From assembly GCA_963804995.1 (NCBI GenBank), contig CAWDSK010000002.1, positions 416,001 to 480,000 of the forward strand: 64,000 nucleotides of DNA, in the 5' to 3' direction. Under the pieces are notes generated by a model, which searched no databases, was not told the origin of the DNA, and saw nothing but the letters and a program-made list of their open reading frames with translations. Position 1 is the first letter of the stretch; each line of letters opens with the position of its first letter. The DNA is from an uncultured Acidobacteriota bacterium (lineage in GTDB: Bacteria; Acidobacteriota; Terriglobia; UBA7540). A program made the position numbers and the translations under genes. Positions 21,811 to 32,023 of this stretch are shown in pieces.

Positions 21811-22458
21811 ATGACGCGTATTTCTGAAGTGATGCCCTCATACGGCGGCAAGATCATTAGAGTGACCCTGGCCGCGCTGGGTCTCGCGATTTTTAGTTTC
21901 TTTGGCTTCCTGAATTTGTCCTTTTCGCAACTGCCTCCTTCTACCAATGCACCGCACGTGGGGCAGAAGGCGCCGGACTTTACCCTGCCTGACCAGAACG
22001 GCAAGCCCGTCTCACTCCCAAGCCTGCTTAAACCATCGGGTAGTACGGCGGGAAAAAGTGGTGGGGTCATCCTGATTTTCTACCGGGGCTATTGGTGACC
22101 GTTCTGCGTCTCCGAGTTACGGAGCTTCCAAGAACAATTGAGCGAGTATGGCAAGCGAAACATTCGTGTGGTGGCGGTGAGTGTTGACCCTGTGGAGGTT
22201 AACCTGGCGCTTAGTAAGAAAGTAGGTCTTACGTTTCCACTGCTTGCGGATCCCAGCGCCCAAGTTGTCCGCCGCTACGATCTGCTGCACGCTGGGGCCG
22301 GCCCGGGCGGTCATGACATGTCGCGGCCGGCGGAGTTTCTGATCGATACCACCGGTACAGTCCGCTGGGTGAACTTGACGGAGAATTTCCGCGTCCGCGT
22401 GCACGGCGAGGAAGTTCTCAAGGTGTCGGACCAACTGGGAGTGGGCGCTCGGCCGTAA
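21811..22458 (+). CDS. AhpC/TSA peroxiredoxin-like selenoprotein (UxxC; TGA at 22096-22098 read as Sec)
   Basis: ORFs 21799..22098 and 22138..22458 share a frame and read APDFTLPDQNG...FYRGYW[TGA]PFCVSEL...VAVSVD...RPAEFLID. Start codon uncertain. Confidence 0.85.
22096..22124 (+). promoter_or_regulatory. Putative bacterial SECIS hairpin
   Basis: ctccg-agtta-cggag stem-loop begins 11 nt after the TGA, with G at the second loop position. Confidence 0.65.
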
Positions 22459-22474
22459 AGTTGGCCGTGGCGCG

Positions 22475-24088
22475 TCACCCACGCTTCAGCTTTTTCCAGT
22501 CCTTCAGGATTTCACGCGCGGCGTTGTGGCCGGGGGCGCCCATTACGCCGCCGCCCGGGTGTGTGCCGGAGCCGCATAGATAAAGACCGCGCAGGGGCGT
22601 GCGGTACTTGGCCCAGCCCGGCACGGGCCGCAGGAAGTAGAGCTGGTCCACGCTCATCTCGCCGTGAAAGATGTTCCCGCCCGTCATACCGTATTCCTCT
22701 TCCAGGTCGAGCGGCGAAAGCACGTGGCGGTGCAGCACGGTGCTTTTGAAACCCGGCGCGTACTCTTCGATCATGTCCATCACACGGTCGGCGTAACTTT
22801 CCTTGATCGCATGCCAGTTCGGCGCCACCTCGGGCGACAGGGTATAAGGCGTGTATTGCAGGAAGATGTTCATCACGTGTTTGCCCGCCGGCGCGAGCGT
22901 GGTGTCGTACGTGGTGGGAATCGTGATTTCGAGCATGGGCCGGGCGCTGGGGCGGCCGTATTTGGAATCATCGTAGGCACGCTCGATGTATTCCAGCGTC
23001 GGGCAGATGTGGATAGTGGTCTTGTGATGCGGCGCAACCTCCGCGCCAGGCAAGCACGTAAAGTTGGGCAGACCGTTGAGCGCCAGGTTGATCTTCATTG
23101 AAACGCCTTCGATCTTAAGGGCGCGAATCGCGGAATAGAAATCCGCGGGAAGTTCGCGCTCTTCGAGGAGCTTCAGGAAAGTCACCTTGGGGTCAGCGTT
23201 CGAGGCGATGACGCGGGCGCGAATCTCTTCGCCGCTTGCGAGCGCCACACCCTGGGCGCGGCCGTCCTTCGCGAGGATACGCATCACGCGCGCGCCAGTG
23301 CGAATCTCCGCACCTTGAGATTCCGCCGACGCGGCCATGGCTTGGGTAACGCCACCCATGCCGCCGCGCACGAATCCCCACAGACCGCGTTTGCCGCCTA
23401 CGCCGCCCATGCAGTGATGGAGCAGCACATAGGCCGTGCCGGGCGTGTAAGGGCCGCCCTTGGTGCCGATCACACCGTCCGTGGCAAGCGCCACCTTCAG
23501 CTCCTCCGACTCAAACCAGGGATCGAGAAAATCCCTCACGCTTTCGGAAAGGATGCGCAGGTGGCCCACCAGTTCTTCCGCCGGCATCTTCGCGACGCGA
23601 CGGCCCAGGCCCGCGAGGGTTTGCCAGTCGGCAAGGCTGCGGCGGGTGATGTCCGGCGGAGTTTCGAGCAACAACGGTTCGATGAAGCGCGCCAGGCGGT
23701 CGACGAATTCCTCGTACTGCGGGTAGCGCTCGGCATCCCGCGCGGAGAATTTGCGGATCTCGTCGCAGGTCTTCGCGGTGTCGGACCACATGATCAGGTG
23801 GCGGCCGTCGGGCAGAGGGCTGAAGAAGGCAGGGTCTTTGGGATAAACGTAGAACCCGAACTTTTCGAGCTCCAGGTCCCGCGTGACTTTCTCCTGCATC
23901 AGGCTACACAGATAGGAGGTGGTCGAAAATTTGAAGCCGGGAAAAATTTCTTCCGTCACACACACGCCGCCCACCACCGGGCGGCTTTCGAGCACCAGCG
24001 TCTGCAACCCCGCACGCGCCAGATATCCGGCAGTGACCAGGCCGTTGTGGCCGGCGCCGATGATGACGACATCGTATTCTTTGGGCAT
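22475..24088 (-). CDS. Phytoene desaturase-like NAD(P)/FAD oxidoreductase
   Basis: IIGAGHNGL, GGNIFHG and LYLCGSGTHPGGGV. Confidence 0.9.
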   Translation of the reverse strand: MPKEYDVVIIGAGHNGLVTAGYLARAGLQTLVLESRPVVGGVCVTEEIFPGFKFSTTSYLCSLMQEKVTRDLELEKFGFYVYPKDPAFFSPLPDGRHLIMWSDTAKTCDEIRKFSARDAERYPQYEEFVDRLARFIEPLLLETPPDITRRSLADWQTLAGLGRRVAKMPAEELVGHLRILSESVRDFLDPWFESEELKVALATDGVIGTKGGPYTPGTAYVLLHHCMGGVGGKRGLWGFVRGGMGGVTQAMAASAESQGAEIRTGARVMRILAKDGRAQGVALASGEEIRARVIASNADPKVTFLKLLEERELPADFYSAIRALKIEGVSMKINLALNGLPNFTCLPGAEVAPHHKTTIHICPTLEYIERAYDDSKYGRPSARPMLEITIPTTYDTTLAPAGKHVMNIFLQYTPYTLSPEVAPNWHAIKESYADRVMDMIEEYAPGFKSTVLHRHVLSPLDLEEEYGMTGGNIFHGEMSVDQLYFLRPVPGWAKYRTPLRGLYLCGSGTHPGGGVMGAPGHNAAREILKDWKKLKRG

Positions 24089-24239
24089 AGGTGACCAGAG
24101 CGTTGGATTATAATCCGGGAGCGAGCTTATCCGAGCATGCACCGTGGACGCAAGCGTTCTGCTGGACGGGTGGAACCCAAGTTTGCGAATGGGAATTCGG
24201 ATGTGCTCCGGCTAGCGAGGCACTCCACTGGAGGTGCGT

Positions 24240-24461
24240 ATGATTATGCTGAAGTTGGCCGTTGTCACATGCTCCTTTTACCTTGCGGCAACAGTGTTAA
24301 TGTGGGCAGCGACCGTAGTGTTAGCCCACTTGTTAGGTGGCTTTGGGTATTCTGTAACCCGTTGGGGATGGGCTGCCCTTTTTGGAACCGTCTGGCTCAT
24401 CTCGTTTCTTTTGTCATGGCGTATCGTTGTGACGCCCATTATCGCAAAGATTCCAAAATGA
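24240..24461 (+). CDS. Small hypothetical membrane protein (2 TM)
   Basis: GGAGG RBS before the ATG and two hydrophobic segments. Confidence 0.45.
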   Translation: MIMLKLAVVTCSFYLAATVLMWAATVVLAHLLGGFGYSVTRWGWAALFGTVWLISFLLSWRIVVTPIIAKIPK

Positions 24462-24486
24462 ATTACTGGCGGACGGAGATGATCCG

Positions 24487-25005
24487 ATGGGAAGGACACA
24501 AGTGTTGGCAGTGGCGATTTTGGGCGCGTGGTTGATGACGACATTGTGCATGTGGTTTGCGGCCACCAAGAGCTTTGCGACCGTTGAGCGCGTGATGAAG
24601 CGGGCTGACCCGCAATTCATCGAGGCTACCAAACCCCTGAGCGAAGCTTCCACACGCGTGGTGCTGCGTTATATGGCTTCCGAAATCAATCGCACCCTTT
24701 TCTGGGGTTACGGGGCATTGCAGATTGCGTTGGGAGTGATTCTGTTCCTGCTACTCTGGCGGCAGACGCCGCGTAATGGGGTGGATATCGGGGTGGTGGC
24801 GACGATGCTGGCCTTGTCGGTGATCCTGACCTTTGTGATTACGCCTTTGATTATCTCCCTCGGCCGAAGCATCGATTTCGTTCCGCGCAATCCTCCTCCG
24901 CCTGTCATGCCACGCTTCTGGGCGCTGCACGGGTCGTTCACGGGACTGGACGGCGTGAAACTCCTCGCCGGGCTCAGCCTGCTCATCCGCTGGATCTTCC
25001 GGTAA
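24487..25005 (+). CDS. Four-TM membrane protein (DUF4149-like)
   Basis: Four hydrophobic helices and an RFWALHGS motif. Confidence 0.7.
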   Translation: MGRTQVLAVAILGAWLMTTLCMWFAATKSFATVERVMKRADPQFIEATKPLSEASTRVVLRYMASEINRTLFWGYGALQIALGVILFLLLWRQTPRNGVDIGVVATMLALSVILTFVITPLIISLGRSIDFVPRNPPPPVMPRFWALHGSFTGLDGVKLLAGLSLLIRWIFR

Positions 25006-25110
25006 GCCTATTGACATTTACCTTTTGGTTTTCTCTTGCGGCCCAGCCACTCTGCAGTGCAATAGCACAAATTCTTGTTTTTCGAGCGGGCAATTTCGCG
25101 AAGTGGGACT

Positions 25111-25202
25111 GTCCCACTTGTTGCTCTCCGCGCGCTCTAGCGCGCGTTGTCCCACCAAATTCCCAACCTTCTTGCGTTTTGCGCATGGACTTTTCACTTG
25201 CG
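25111..25202. repeat. Dispersed GTCCCAC-type repeat, diverged partial copy
   Basis: gtcccacttgttgctctccgcg...gtcccaccaaattccc...gacttttcacttgcg aligns with 63016-63108. Confidence 0.75.
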
Positions 25203-25240
25203 TCTCCGTCACGCTAAGCTGCTTCGGGCAGCGTGATACT

Positions 25241-27436
25241 TCACTTCCCGCTCACCTCATTCCACAAGAATGCCAACTCGTCGGCGGTGTCTTTGATGGC
25301 CTGCGTAATCGAAACGCCTGCGCTATGGCCGCTGACGGTTTGGTAGCGCAACAGGATGGGCCGGCCGCTCGAGTTATCGGCTTGGACGAGGGCGGTCATT
25401 TTGCGGGCGTGCAGAGGATCAACGCGCGTATCGCTATCGCCGGTGTTGAACATGATGGCGGGAAACTTCGTGCCCGGCTTCACATTTTGATAGGGCGAAT
25501 ATTTCCGCAGGTAGACGAACTGGTCCGGATTATCGGCTGATCCATATTCGGTAGTCCACCACTTGCCAATGAGGAAGTTCTGGAAGCGCAGCATGTCGAG
25601 CAGTGGAAACCCGCACCAGATGGCGCCGAACATCTCCGGGTGTTGGGTCATGGCCGCGCCCATCAAGAGGCCGCCATTGGAGCGCCCACGTATGGCCAGC
25701 CGCCGGGGCGACGTGTACTTCTCGTCGACTAGATACTGAGCCGCGGCGAAGAAATCGTCGAAGACGTTCTGCTTGTGTTCGAACATTCCTGCCTGGTGCC
25801 ATTTCTCGCCGTACTCACCCCCGCCGCGCAGATTGGGCTGCGCATAGAAGCCACCCTGCTCCATCCACCAGGCATATTCGGGGTTCCACGCGGGGTCCAG
25901 GCTGACCATGAATCCGCCATAGCCGAACATCAGCGTGGGGGTTTTGCCATCGCGCTTGACGCCTTTCTTGGAGGAGATGAACATGGGCACGCGCGTGCCG
26001 TCCTTCGATTTGTAGAACACCTGCTTCACTTCATACTGATCGGAGGCAAAGGGGACCTCCGGTTTGGCAAAGATTTCGGTTTTCCCGGTGTTGACGTTGT
26101 AGTGATAGATGGTCGGCGGGATGATGAAGGACTCGAAGCTGTAGAATCCCTCCGGGGCGTCAGCGCGGCCGGACAGCGCGCTTGCCGCGCCCAGGGTGGG
26201 GTACTCGATCCTTCCGGTCTCGTTCCCCTCCAGCGTAAAGATGCGGGTTTCCGTCACCACATCGCGCAGTCCGGTGACGAAGAGTTTTCCACCGACAATC
26301 GAAATGTCGGAGATGACGTCCTTCCCCTCGGGCACGAGGTTGGTCCAGTGCTGCGGTTCCGGGTCCGCAATGGGCACCTTCACCACGCGATAGTTCGGCG
26401 CCTGGTAGTCGGTCAGCACATAGAGATCGTCGCCGTAGTTCTCAGCGGTGAAGCGGCTGTCGATTCCATGAATGATCCAGCGCATCGGCGAGCCCGGCTG
26501 GCGCAGATTTTTCGCGGCAATATCGACGCGCGTGGCCGGAACGCCGTGCGCTACCTCGATTATCAAATAGCGCCCGTTCTCTGTGATCGAGGCGCTCATG
26601 AGCTGCATGGGGCCCAAACTCTCGCCTTCGAAGCTCTTGCCGAACACCAGTTCATCGCTCGCCGCGGGTGATCCGAACCGGTGGTAGAAGACGAGCGAAC
26701 CCGCCGGATTGGCGCGCGCGTAGTAGAGTCCTTGTTTATCGGGGCTAAGCTGGATGCCATCATAACGCGCGGCGGGCAGAGAGTCAGGGAGGTCCGCCCT
26801 CGTCGCCACATCGAAAATGTGGACCGACATCTCATCGGCGCCGCCGGAACGAATTCCGTAAACCAGCCGCGTGCCATCCTTCGAGATGTCCTCGATCTGT
26901 ACGGAGGTGTTTTGGTCGGCGCTCAGTTTCGTTGCGTCGACCAGCCGTTCCTCCTTTCCGTGCAATCCGCGCCGCAGATAGATTGATCCCTGGTTCTCGT
27001 CGGCCAGCCGCTTCTTGAAGAAATAATTCCCGCCGCGCTCAACTGGAATGCCGTAACTCTCCACGCGTTCGAGCCTGGTGAGTTCCTTGACGATCGCGGG
27101 CCGGATCTTTACCTGCGAGAGATATTGTTCAGTGTATTTCATCTGCTCGCCGATCCAGGCGCGAGTCGCCGGACTCTTCCCATCCTCCAGCCAGCGATAG
27201 GGATCAGTCAGTGTGGTTCCATGAAGGTTCTCGGTCACAGGCTGGGCCTCGGTGGGAGGCGGAGGAGGAAGGATGATTCCGTTGCCACCCTTTACCTGGG
27301 GAGACTTGTCGGCGGCGAGAGTAAAGAGTCCGAACAGGAGGCAGATAATCAATCCGGGAATTCCTTTGGGACGTCGAAATCGGCCGTGGGGCGCGACCCT
27401 CTTGCCCATCCGCGGCATGGTAAAGCAATTTCTCAT
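25241..27436 (-). CDS. Prolyl oligopeptidase (S9A), secreted
   Basis: DPYRWLE, NLRGGGEYG, GRSNGGLL, DTRVDP and GH catalytic motifs. Confidence 0.95.
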   Translation of the reverse strand: MRNCFTMPRMGKRVAPHGRFRRPKGIPGLIICLLFGLFTLAADKSPQVKGGNGIILPPPPPTEAQPVTENLHGTTLTDPYRWLEDGKSPATRAWIGEQMKYTEQYLSQVKIRPAIVKELTRLERVESYGIPVERGGNYFFKKRLADENQGSIYLRRGLHGKEERLVDATKLSADQNTSVQIEDISKDGTRLVYGIRSGGADEMSVHIFDVATRADLPDSLPAARYDGIQLSPDKQGLYYARANPAGSLVFYHRFGSPAASDELVFGKSFEGESLGPMQLMSASITENGRYLIIEVAHGVPATRVDIAAKNLRQPGSPMRWIIHGIDSRFTAENYGDDLYVLTDYQAPNYRVVKVPIADPEPQHWTNLVPEGKDVISDISIVGGKLFVTGLRDVVTETRIFTLEGNETGRIEYPTLGAASALSGRADAPEGFYSFESFIIPPTIYHYNVNTGKTEIFAKPEVPFASDQYEVKQVFYKSKDGTRVPMFISSKKGVKRDGKTPTLMFGYGGFMVSLDPAWNPEYAWWMEQGGFYAQPNLRGGGEYGEKWHQAGMFEHKQNVFDDFFAAAQYLVDEKYTSPRRLAIRGRSNGGLLMGAAMTQHPEMFGAIWCGFPLLDMLRFQNFLIGKWWTTEYGSADNPDQFVYLRKYSPYQNVKPGTKFPAIMFNTGDSDTRVDPLHARKMTALVQADNSSGRPILLRYQTVSGHSAGVSITQAIKDTADELAFLWNEVSGK

Positions 27437-27751
27437 GGGAGCACTCCCGGTCGTGCGTCATCTGCACCGGCACGCCCGAAGTCGTCGCCATTTGCGACCG
27501 GTTATGGCAACACCCTCACTCCTCCGGACTCAGGTGAGCGCGATTCCCGAATGCAGACCCCACCACCTTATCTTTCCATACGCCGCTACTGGCATGATTT
27601 CTATCACAACATTCCGCAGAAGTCCTGATAAGCCGCCAATACGGGTGTATACTAGCACTCCCCGACGGTCTCCCTCGCCCGTCCCGTCCATATCGTGGCG
27701 GCGCTGTGCCATGCTTATAGTACAACTGCCGCCAATCTCAAGGAGCCAATC

Positions 27752-28222
27752 ATGAAGGGTAAACCTGAAGTGTTGCAAATCCTGCAGGAAGCGTTAACCG
27801 ATGAATTGGGCGCGGTGCACGGATACATCCTCCACGCCGAGATGTGCGAGGCCTGGGGTTACAAAGGTCTCGCGGGCCTGACCACCAAGCGGGCGATTGA
27901 AGAAATGAAGCACGCCGAAAAGTTGATGGCGCGGATTCTTTATCTCGAAGGCGCGCCCGACGTGCAGTCGCTGCCCAAAATCGTGGTGGGAAAAACCGTG
28001 GAAGCGCAGTTGGCGGATGGCCTGAAAAGTGAGCAAGGGGCCATGGTGAGCTACAACCAGGGAATTGCCGCATGCGCCAAAGCCGGGGACAATGGCTCCG
28101 CGGACCTGCTGCGCTCAAACCTGCTCAACGAGGAGCGGCACGCCGATTATCTGGAGACGCAACTCAGCCTCATTAAAGAAATCGGCTTGGCGAATTACCT
28201 GGCCAGGAACTTGACGGAATAA
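27752..28222 (+). CDS. bfr: Bacterioferritin
   Basis: MKG start, EEMKHA, RILYLEG, EERHADYLETQL and IGLANYL; AAGGAG RBS. Confidence 0.92.
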   Translation: MKGKPEVLQILQEALTDELGAVHGYILHAEMCEAWGYKGLAGLTTKRAIEEMKHAEKLMARILYLEGAPDVQSLPKIVVGKTVEAQLADGLKSEQGAMVSYNQGIAACAKAGDNGSADLLRSNLLNEERHADYLETQLSLIKEIGLANYLARNLTE

Positions 28223-28250
28223 ATGTAGGTGGAAAGCAAGGCGTGAGGAT

Positions 28251-28306
28251 GCGAAGCTTTGGAGTGCGGTCCGCCGCGGCGAACCGCACTTCAAAGCGGA
28301 CTTCGC
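28251..28306. repeat. Palindromic REP-like hairpin between convergent genes; possible terminator
   Basis: gctttggagtgcggt...accgcacttcaaagc. Confidence 0.6.
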
Positions 28307-28332
28307 CACTCAACCCGTAGTGGCCCGCGCCT

Positions 28333-28831
28333 CTAAGCTTTCACAAACCGCTGTCCTTTGGCGCCGCAGATAGGGCATGCCTCAGGAGCTTGGCCCATTT
28401 TAATAAATCCGCAGACGGGGCACAGATAGAAATCGACGCCCTCCAAATCTTTCCCGTTGGCCACAGCATCCAGCGCCATTTGGTAAAGTTGCGCGTGCAC
28501 GGCTTCCGCTCTCATGGCGTAGTCGAACATGCGCTTCGCCCGATGGCCATCCCCCGTCGCTTGCTCAGAGCATGGGCGGATACATTTCCTTGTACTCGTA
28601 CGTCTCGCCTGCCACGGCCGCGCGCAGGTTGTCTACCGTCGACCCCACGCCATCCAGGGCCCCGAAGTGCCCCAGTGCGTGAATGGTTTCCGCCTCGGGC
28701 GCGGTTCGAAACAGTCGCGCCACGTTGGCGAAACCCTCCTGTTCCGCCTTTCTGGCAAACGCCACGTACTTGCGGTTCGCCTGACTCTCGCCCGCGAACG
28801 CGTCCTAAAGATTGCTTTCCATTGTGGCCAT
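28333..28831 (-). pseudogene. rbr: Rubrerythrin with an in-frame TAG (28805-28807) and a +1 frameshift (~28567)
   Basis: NL*DAFAGESQANRKY, EAETIHA, ETYEYKEMYP, AEAVHA and CPVCG...CPICG. Confidence 0.85.
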
Positions 28832-29080
28832 TAATCGACTCCTTATATCTATGATTGCTACGAGATTTCGGACCCTTAGGATTGTGGCAACTTCGTTTTC
28901 AACCGTCGACATACACAATGTCAGACAACGCACAACCGCAAAATCTCTAGGGTGCAGAGGGCCTCGGGTCGTGACGCAGGGTTCAGGGAAAAGATTCTCA
29001 TCTTGGGTATCGCGCGGGTTTTGACATCTTGGTGGGCTGCACATATCTTAGGAGAATCGTAAATCCCTGGGAGGTTACTG

Positions 29081-30067
29081 ATGGCTGCGAAGCGCTGGTG
29101 GCACTCTGTGCTGGGAGCTTCGACGCGCGGCATGCTGTGGATTCTTTTGCTTCTGTCTCCGGCCGAGGTCTGGCCATGGGGGTGCGACGGGCACCAGGCA
29201 GTCGCCATAATCGCAGAGAAGCATTTGAACGGGCACGCGCTGGAGATGGCGAACCAGTTGTTGAAGAGCGCGCCGATTGATCCTGCGCTTCGCCGTTTTT
29301 GCAGTGGTCAGGGGCTCGATCTATTCGCGGATGTATCTACCTGGGCGGACGACGAGAGAAGCGTGCGACCGGAGACAGGTCCGTGGCATTACATTGACAT
29401 CCCCCGGGGGGCACCGCGCAGCACCGTGGCGGACTCTTGCCCGTCTGCCACGGGTTGTGTGACCAGCGCGATAACCCATCAACTCGAACTGCTCCGCAAC
29501 AGCGCAACTGATGCCAGAACGCGCGCCGACGCTCTGCGTTATGTCATTCACTTTGTGGGGGACCTTCATCAACCCCTGCACTGCACAACGAACAACGACC
29601 TGGGGGGTAACTGCGTGCCCATCGTCTTCTTTGGAGTTCCCCCCACCCTAACGAACCCGCAAACGGAATCCTATCGGCCGAATCTGCATGCGGTCTGGGA
29701 TTCTCAAATTATTCAGCGTATGAGGGGGAGCGCTTCAGTGGAGCAGTGGGCGGCCTCTCTTGAGCGCAAGTTCCACTCGCAAACCAGCGCTTGGCAGAAA
29801 GAGGGCGTAAACCTGGAGGCATGGGCCTGGGATAGCCATCAGTTGGCCGAATCGGCTGCGTACGGGCGGCTGCCGGCCTCCATCCCCACGGAGAAACCTG
29901 AGACAGTGATTTCGTGCAGTGCGGACAACCATGTTTCCCAGCGTATGCTAAAGCTCGATGAACAAGTGTCGCAGCAGTATCAGAACGCGGTGGCGCCGGT
30001 CATTGACGAGCAAATCGCGAAGGCGGGGATCCGGCTGGCAATGATCTTGAACCAACTGTGGCCCTGA
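29081..30067 (+). CDS. S1/P1 nuclease, secreted
   Basis: WGCDGH, TWADD, WHYID, HFVGDLHQPLH and NLHAVWD. Confidence 0.93.
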   Translation: MAAKRWWHSVLGASTRGMLWILLLLSPAEVWPWGCDGHQAVAIIAEKHLNGHALEMANQLLKSAPIDPALRRFCSGQGLDLFADVSTWADDERSVRPETGPWHYIDIPRGAPRSTVADSCPSATGCVTSAITHQLELLRNSATDARTRADALRYVIHFVGDLHQPLHCTTNNDLGGNCVPIVFFGVPPTLTNPQTESYRPNLHAVWDSQIIQRMRGSASVEQWAASLERKFHSQTSAWQKEGVNLEAWAWDSHQLAESAAYGRLPASIPTEKPETVISCSADNHVSQRMLKLDEQVSQQYQNAVAPVIDEQIAKAGIRLAMILNQLWP

Positions 30068-30100
30068 GGCGGGAGTCGACCAAGTAGCGAGATTTCGTCA

Positions 30101-31852
30101 CTAAGCGTTCAACTCCGCCGTCGGCAAGAACGTTGGCGGGCGGCGGTGTTGGGTGGCTTGTTCAAATGCGTAGGCGATTTTGATGAGGGTTGGCTCGCTC
30201 CAGGCGCGGCCGAAGAACGAGATTCCCACCGGCAAGCCGAAGATGAATCCCAGTGGAACGCTGATATGCGGATAGCCGGCGACGGCTGCGGCGGTGGAAC
30301 TGCCGCCCAGATCGTGGTCGCCATCGATGTGGTCGGTCACCCACGCAGGCGCGCCGGTGGGGGCCACCAGCGCGTCGAGCTTGAACTTGTCCATCACCGC
30401 GTCGATTCCTTCGGCGCGCATCAGACGTTTGCTCTTCTCCAGCGCATCCAGATATTCCTTCCGGAAAATCGAACCCGTGGCTTGCGCTTTGATAAAAAGG
30501 TCCTGGCCAAAGAAGGGCATTTCCGTTTCGCGGTGCTGCTCGTTGAAGGCGATAACTTCTTCGAGCGAATGCACCGGCGCGGTGGGCCCGAGGCCCGCCA
30601 GGTAAGCGTTAAGATCCGCCTTGAGCTCGTAAAGCATCACCCGGAGTTCCGAGTCGCCGAGTTGATCCAGTGTCGGGATGTCCGCGGGATCCGTGATCTC
30701 CGCACCCTGGCGCTTTATCTCTTCGATCGCCTCGTTCATCAACTTGTCAACAGCATCGCTGAAGCCAAAAATCTTGCGCACCACGCCGATCCGCGCGCCG
30801 CTCAATCCCTTGCGGTCCAGGAACGTTGTGTAGTCGGGCAGGAGCGCCTTATTGTGAGCGCTTCCCGCCACCCGAAGGCGTGTACCGCCGAGGTCAATAT
30901 TCGCCTTGTCTGGGAAAATGTAAGCGCGGTCACTCTGCTGCGTCGCGGGATCGTCAGGGTCGATTCCGACCAGCGCGCCCAGCAGAATCGCGGCATCGGT
31001 AACGGTGCGAGCCAGGGGGCCTGCGGTGTCCTGGCTGTGCGCGATGGGGATGATGCCGGCGCGGCTTACCAATCCCACGGTGGGCTTGATACCCACAAGG
31101 CCGTTGGCGTTCGCCGGGCACACGATGGAGCCATCGGTCTCGGTGCCAATGGCCACGGCCGCAAGGTTGGCCGCCACGGCGGCGCCGGACCCTGAACTCG
31201 AACCGCAAGGATTGCGGTCAAGTACGTAAGGATTGCGCGTCTGGCCGCCGCGCCCGCTCCAGCCGCTGGTCGAGTGTGACGACCGGATGTTCGCCCACTC
31301 GCTCAGGTTGGTCTTGCCGAGAATCACCGCACCCGCGTCACGCAGCTTTTTTGCGAAGAAGGAATCTTTGGGTGGCACGGATCCCACCAGCGCCAACGAA
31401 CCTGCCGTGGTCTGCATGCGGTCGTGGGTGGCAATGTTGTCTTTGATGAGAATGGGAATGCCATGCAGCGGACCGCGCGGCCCCCGGGCTTTGCGCTCGC
31501 GGTCGAGATCGTCGGCAATGGAGAGCGCGTCGGGATTCAGTTCGATCACCGAATTGACGTTGGGCCCGTGCTTGTCAATTTCGTCGATGCGTGCGAGATA
31601 TTTTTCGGCCAGAGAGCGCGCCGTAAATTTGGCGGACTTCATACTGTCCTGTAGGGTCGTGATGGTGATTTCGTCGAGCTCGAAGGGCGCGACAGCCGAT
31701 GCCCTGGGAGTTGCCTCCCCGGCGGTTGGGCCGGCTTCCGCCGGCCGCGCTTCGAGTGATGGCATTGCTGCCGTGGCGCTCACTATCCCGGCTTTCAAAA
31801 AGCCGCGGCGATTCAGATTCAATAGGGAAGAGGGCTTCAGGGTGGGTCCCAA
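30101..31852 (-). CDS. Amidase-signature family enzyme with Tat signal
   Basis: RRGFLK, IKDNI, GSSSGS and GTETDGSI. Confidence 0.93.
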   Translation of the reverse strand: MGPTLKPSSLLNLNRRGFLKAGIVSATAAMPSLEARPAEAGPTAGEATPRASAVAPFELDEITITTLQDSMKSAKFTARSLAEKYLARIDEIDKHGPNVNSVIELNPDALSIADDLDRERKARGPRGPLHGIPILIKDNIATHDRMQTTAGSLALVGSVPPKDSFFAKKLRDAGAVILGKTNLSEWANIRSSHSTSGWSGRGGQTRNPYVLDRNPCGSSSGSGAAVAANLAAVAIGTETDGSIVCPANANGLVGIKPTVGLVSRAGIIPIAHSQDTAGPLARTVTDAAILLGALVGIDPDDPATQQSDRAYIFPDKANIDLGGTRLRVAGSAHNKALLPDYTTFLDRKGLSGARIGVVRKIFGFSDAVDKLMNEAIEEIKRQGAEITDPADIPTLDQLGDSELRVMLYELKADLNAYLAGLGPTAPVHSLEEVIAFNEQHRETEMPFFGQDLFIKAQATGSIFRKEYLDALEKSKRLMRAEGIDAVMDKFKLDALVAPTGAPAWVTDHIDGDHDLGGSSTAAAVAGYPHISVPLGFIFGLPVGISFFGRAWSEPTLIKIAYAFEQATQHRRPPTFLPTAELNA

Positions 31853-31926
31853 GGTTTCTGACCTCCTGTTAGGTCGCCATCACGAGGCGTCGCGTTCCCG
31901 GATCGCAGGACGGTGGCTCGATCTGC

Positions 31927-31997
31927 TGTAGCGGCGGCGGAACCTGTCCCGATCTTATCGGGACGCCGCCATATGGCGAGGTAAACTCGCCGCTACA
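31927..31997. repeat. REPIN-like element, copy 2 (inner part only)
   Basis: tgtagcggcggcggaacctgtcccgatcttatcgggacgccgccatatggcgaggtaaactcgccgctaca. Confidence 0.85.
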
Positions 31998-32023
31998 AGA
32001 AAACCAAAACGACCCACCACGTG

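Noticed and set aside
28805..28807. Pyrrolysine or amber recoding
   Set aside because: TAG terminates many genes in this window, the position is not catalytic, and no pyl genes are visible.
28835..28870. PerR/Fur box upstream of rubrerythrin
   Set aside because: The region is AT-rich but has no convincing palindromic consensus.
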